This document shows positions 62,827 through 64,000 of a stretch of DNA of 64,000 nt, one piece after another. Both the position numbers and the translations under genes were made by a program. The notes below the pieces were generated by a model, which ran no database searches, was not told where the DNA came from, and worked only from the letters and a program-made list of their open reading frames with translations. Numbering within the stretch: the stretch's first letter is position 1; every line of letters starts with the position of its first letter. The DNA is taken from the NCBI RefSeq assembly GCF_001194135.2, contig NC_068983.1:37867532-37931531 (forward strand), in the 5' to 3' direction. Source of the DNA: Octopus bimaculoides. Lineage: Eukaryota.

Positions 62827-63094
62827 GATTATCCTTAAACAAGGACCTTTTGAGTGTGATGGGCTACTCAACCTGAAGAAAATTCTGAGCCCCACCTGCA
62901 AGGTCATGCGCTGTTTATCTTGATATGAGATCACCATGTTGTGCACATATGGTTGTGATGCATGTGCCTGCTGTGTACCCTTACTAGACGGGTAGTCATG
63001 ATGGGTATTCTGGGCTTTGTATATTTTACCCCAGTATCACAGTGTATTGCTCTCTCACTTAATAATAATAATAATGATAATAATAATAATAATC

Positions 63095-63945
63095 TTTTCT
63101 ATTGTAGGCACAAGGCCTGAAATTTGGGAGAAGGGGATAGTCGATTACATCAACCCCAGTACTCAACTGGTACTTAATTTATTGACCCCAATTACACCAA
63201 CCTTACTGCTTAACTGGTGCTTATTTTGAGCCCCAAAAGATGAAAAGTAAAGGCAACCTTAGTGGAATTTGAACTCAGAACCTAAGAAGTCAGAAGAAAT
63301 TCCATTAAGTGTTTTGCTCAATGTGCTAACGATTCTATCAGCTTCATCACCTCACAACAAAAATACTCTTTTACTTGTTTCAGTCATTTGACTGTGGCCA
63401 TGCTGGAATACCGCCTTTAGTTGAACTAATCGACCCCAGAACTTATTCTTTGTAAGCCTAGTACTTATTCTATCGGTCTCTTTTGCCAAACCACTAGGTT
63501 ACAGGGACGTTAACACACCAACATCGGTTGTCAAGTGATGGATGGGAGATAAACACAGACATACAAATACATACATATTCTTTTCTACTCTAGGCACAAA
63601 GCTCGAAATCTTTTGTGGAGGGGCCAGTCAATTAGATCGACCTCAGTACCCAACTGGTACTTAATTTATCAACCCCAAAAGGACAAAGTTGACTTGGCGG
63701 AATTTGAACTCAGATTGTAAAGACAGATGAAATACTGCTAATCATTTCGCCCAGCATGCTAACATTTCTTGCCAGCTCACCACTTTATAAATACATATAC
63801 CAAATCTACCAAATCCACTCACAAGGCTTTGGTTGGCCCAAGGCTATAGTAGAAGACACTCACCCAAGATGCCATACAGTGGGACTGAACCCGGAACCAT
63901 GTGGTTGGGAAGCAATCCTCTTAGCAAACAGCCACTCCTGTGCCT
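63095..63945 (-). mobile_element. Cluster of minus-strand SINE-B (63095-63350, 63577-63785) and SINE-A pieces (63365-63560, 63795-63945)
   Basis: Reverse-complement matches to the family motifs described above. Confidence 0.7.
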
Positions 63946-64000
63946 AATAATTTTTCTTTTTATAGTCTTATTTTCTTTTTGTATTAATGTTATTTGGGAT

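Overview
Eukaryotic, repeat-dense and almost entirely non-coding DNA from a scaffolded assembly. N-gaps lie at about 2964-3501, 5412-5675, 11034-11360, 12441-12621, 15866-16273 and 39762-40061, plus several short ones. The SINE families, the mollusc-type 5S sequence and the microsatellite load look like an octopus (cephalopod) genome; this is my recognition, not a database result. No complete host gene could be read. There are only a few splice-site-bounded + strand candidate exons of an unidentified protein. Most of the window is four tRNA-derived SINE families (here A, B, C, G), a further dispersed repeat (E), 5'-truncated RTE-clade LINE ends, Tc1/mariner remnants, piggyBac-, hAT- and GGATC-terminated MITEs, a probable Helitron, a solo LTR and microsatellites. 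The best new observation is a TSD-flanked chimeric retrocopy at 41017-41351 (-) that joins a near full-length 5S rRNA, an internally deleted tRNA-Lys(CTT) and a SINE-B. Other highlights: an apparently ORF1-only (zinc-knuckle) LINE derivative; an 8-bp-TSD MITE family with two alternative cores, one of them a telomeric-repeat hairpin; a forkhead-motif minisatellite beside a CpG-rich LTR/promoter-like island; and a step in CpG decay at about 22-24 kb. No CRISPR array and no intact tRNA or rRNA gene was found.
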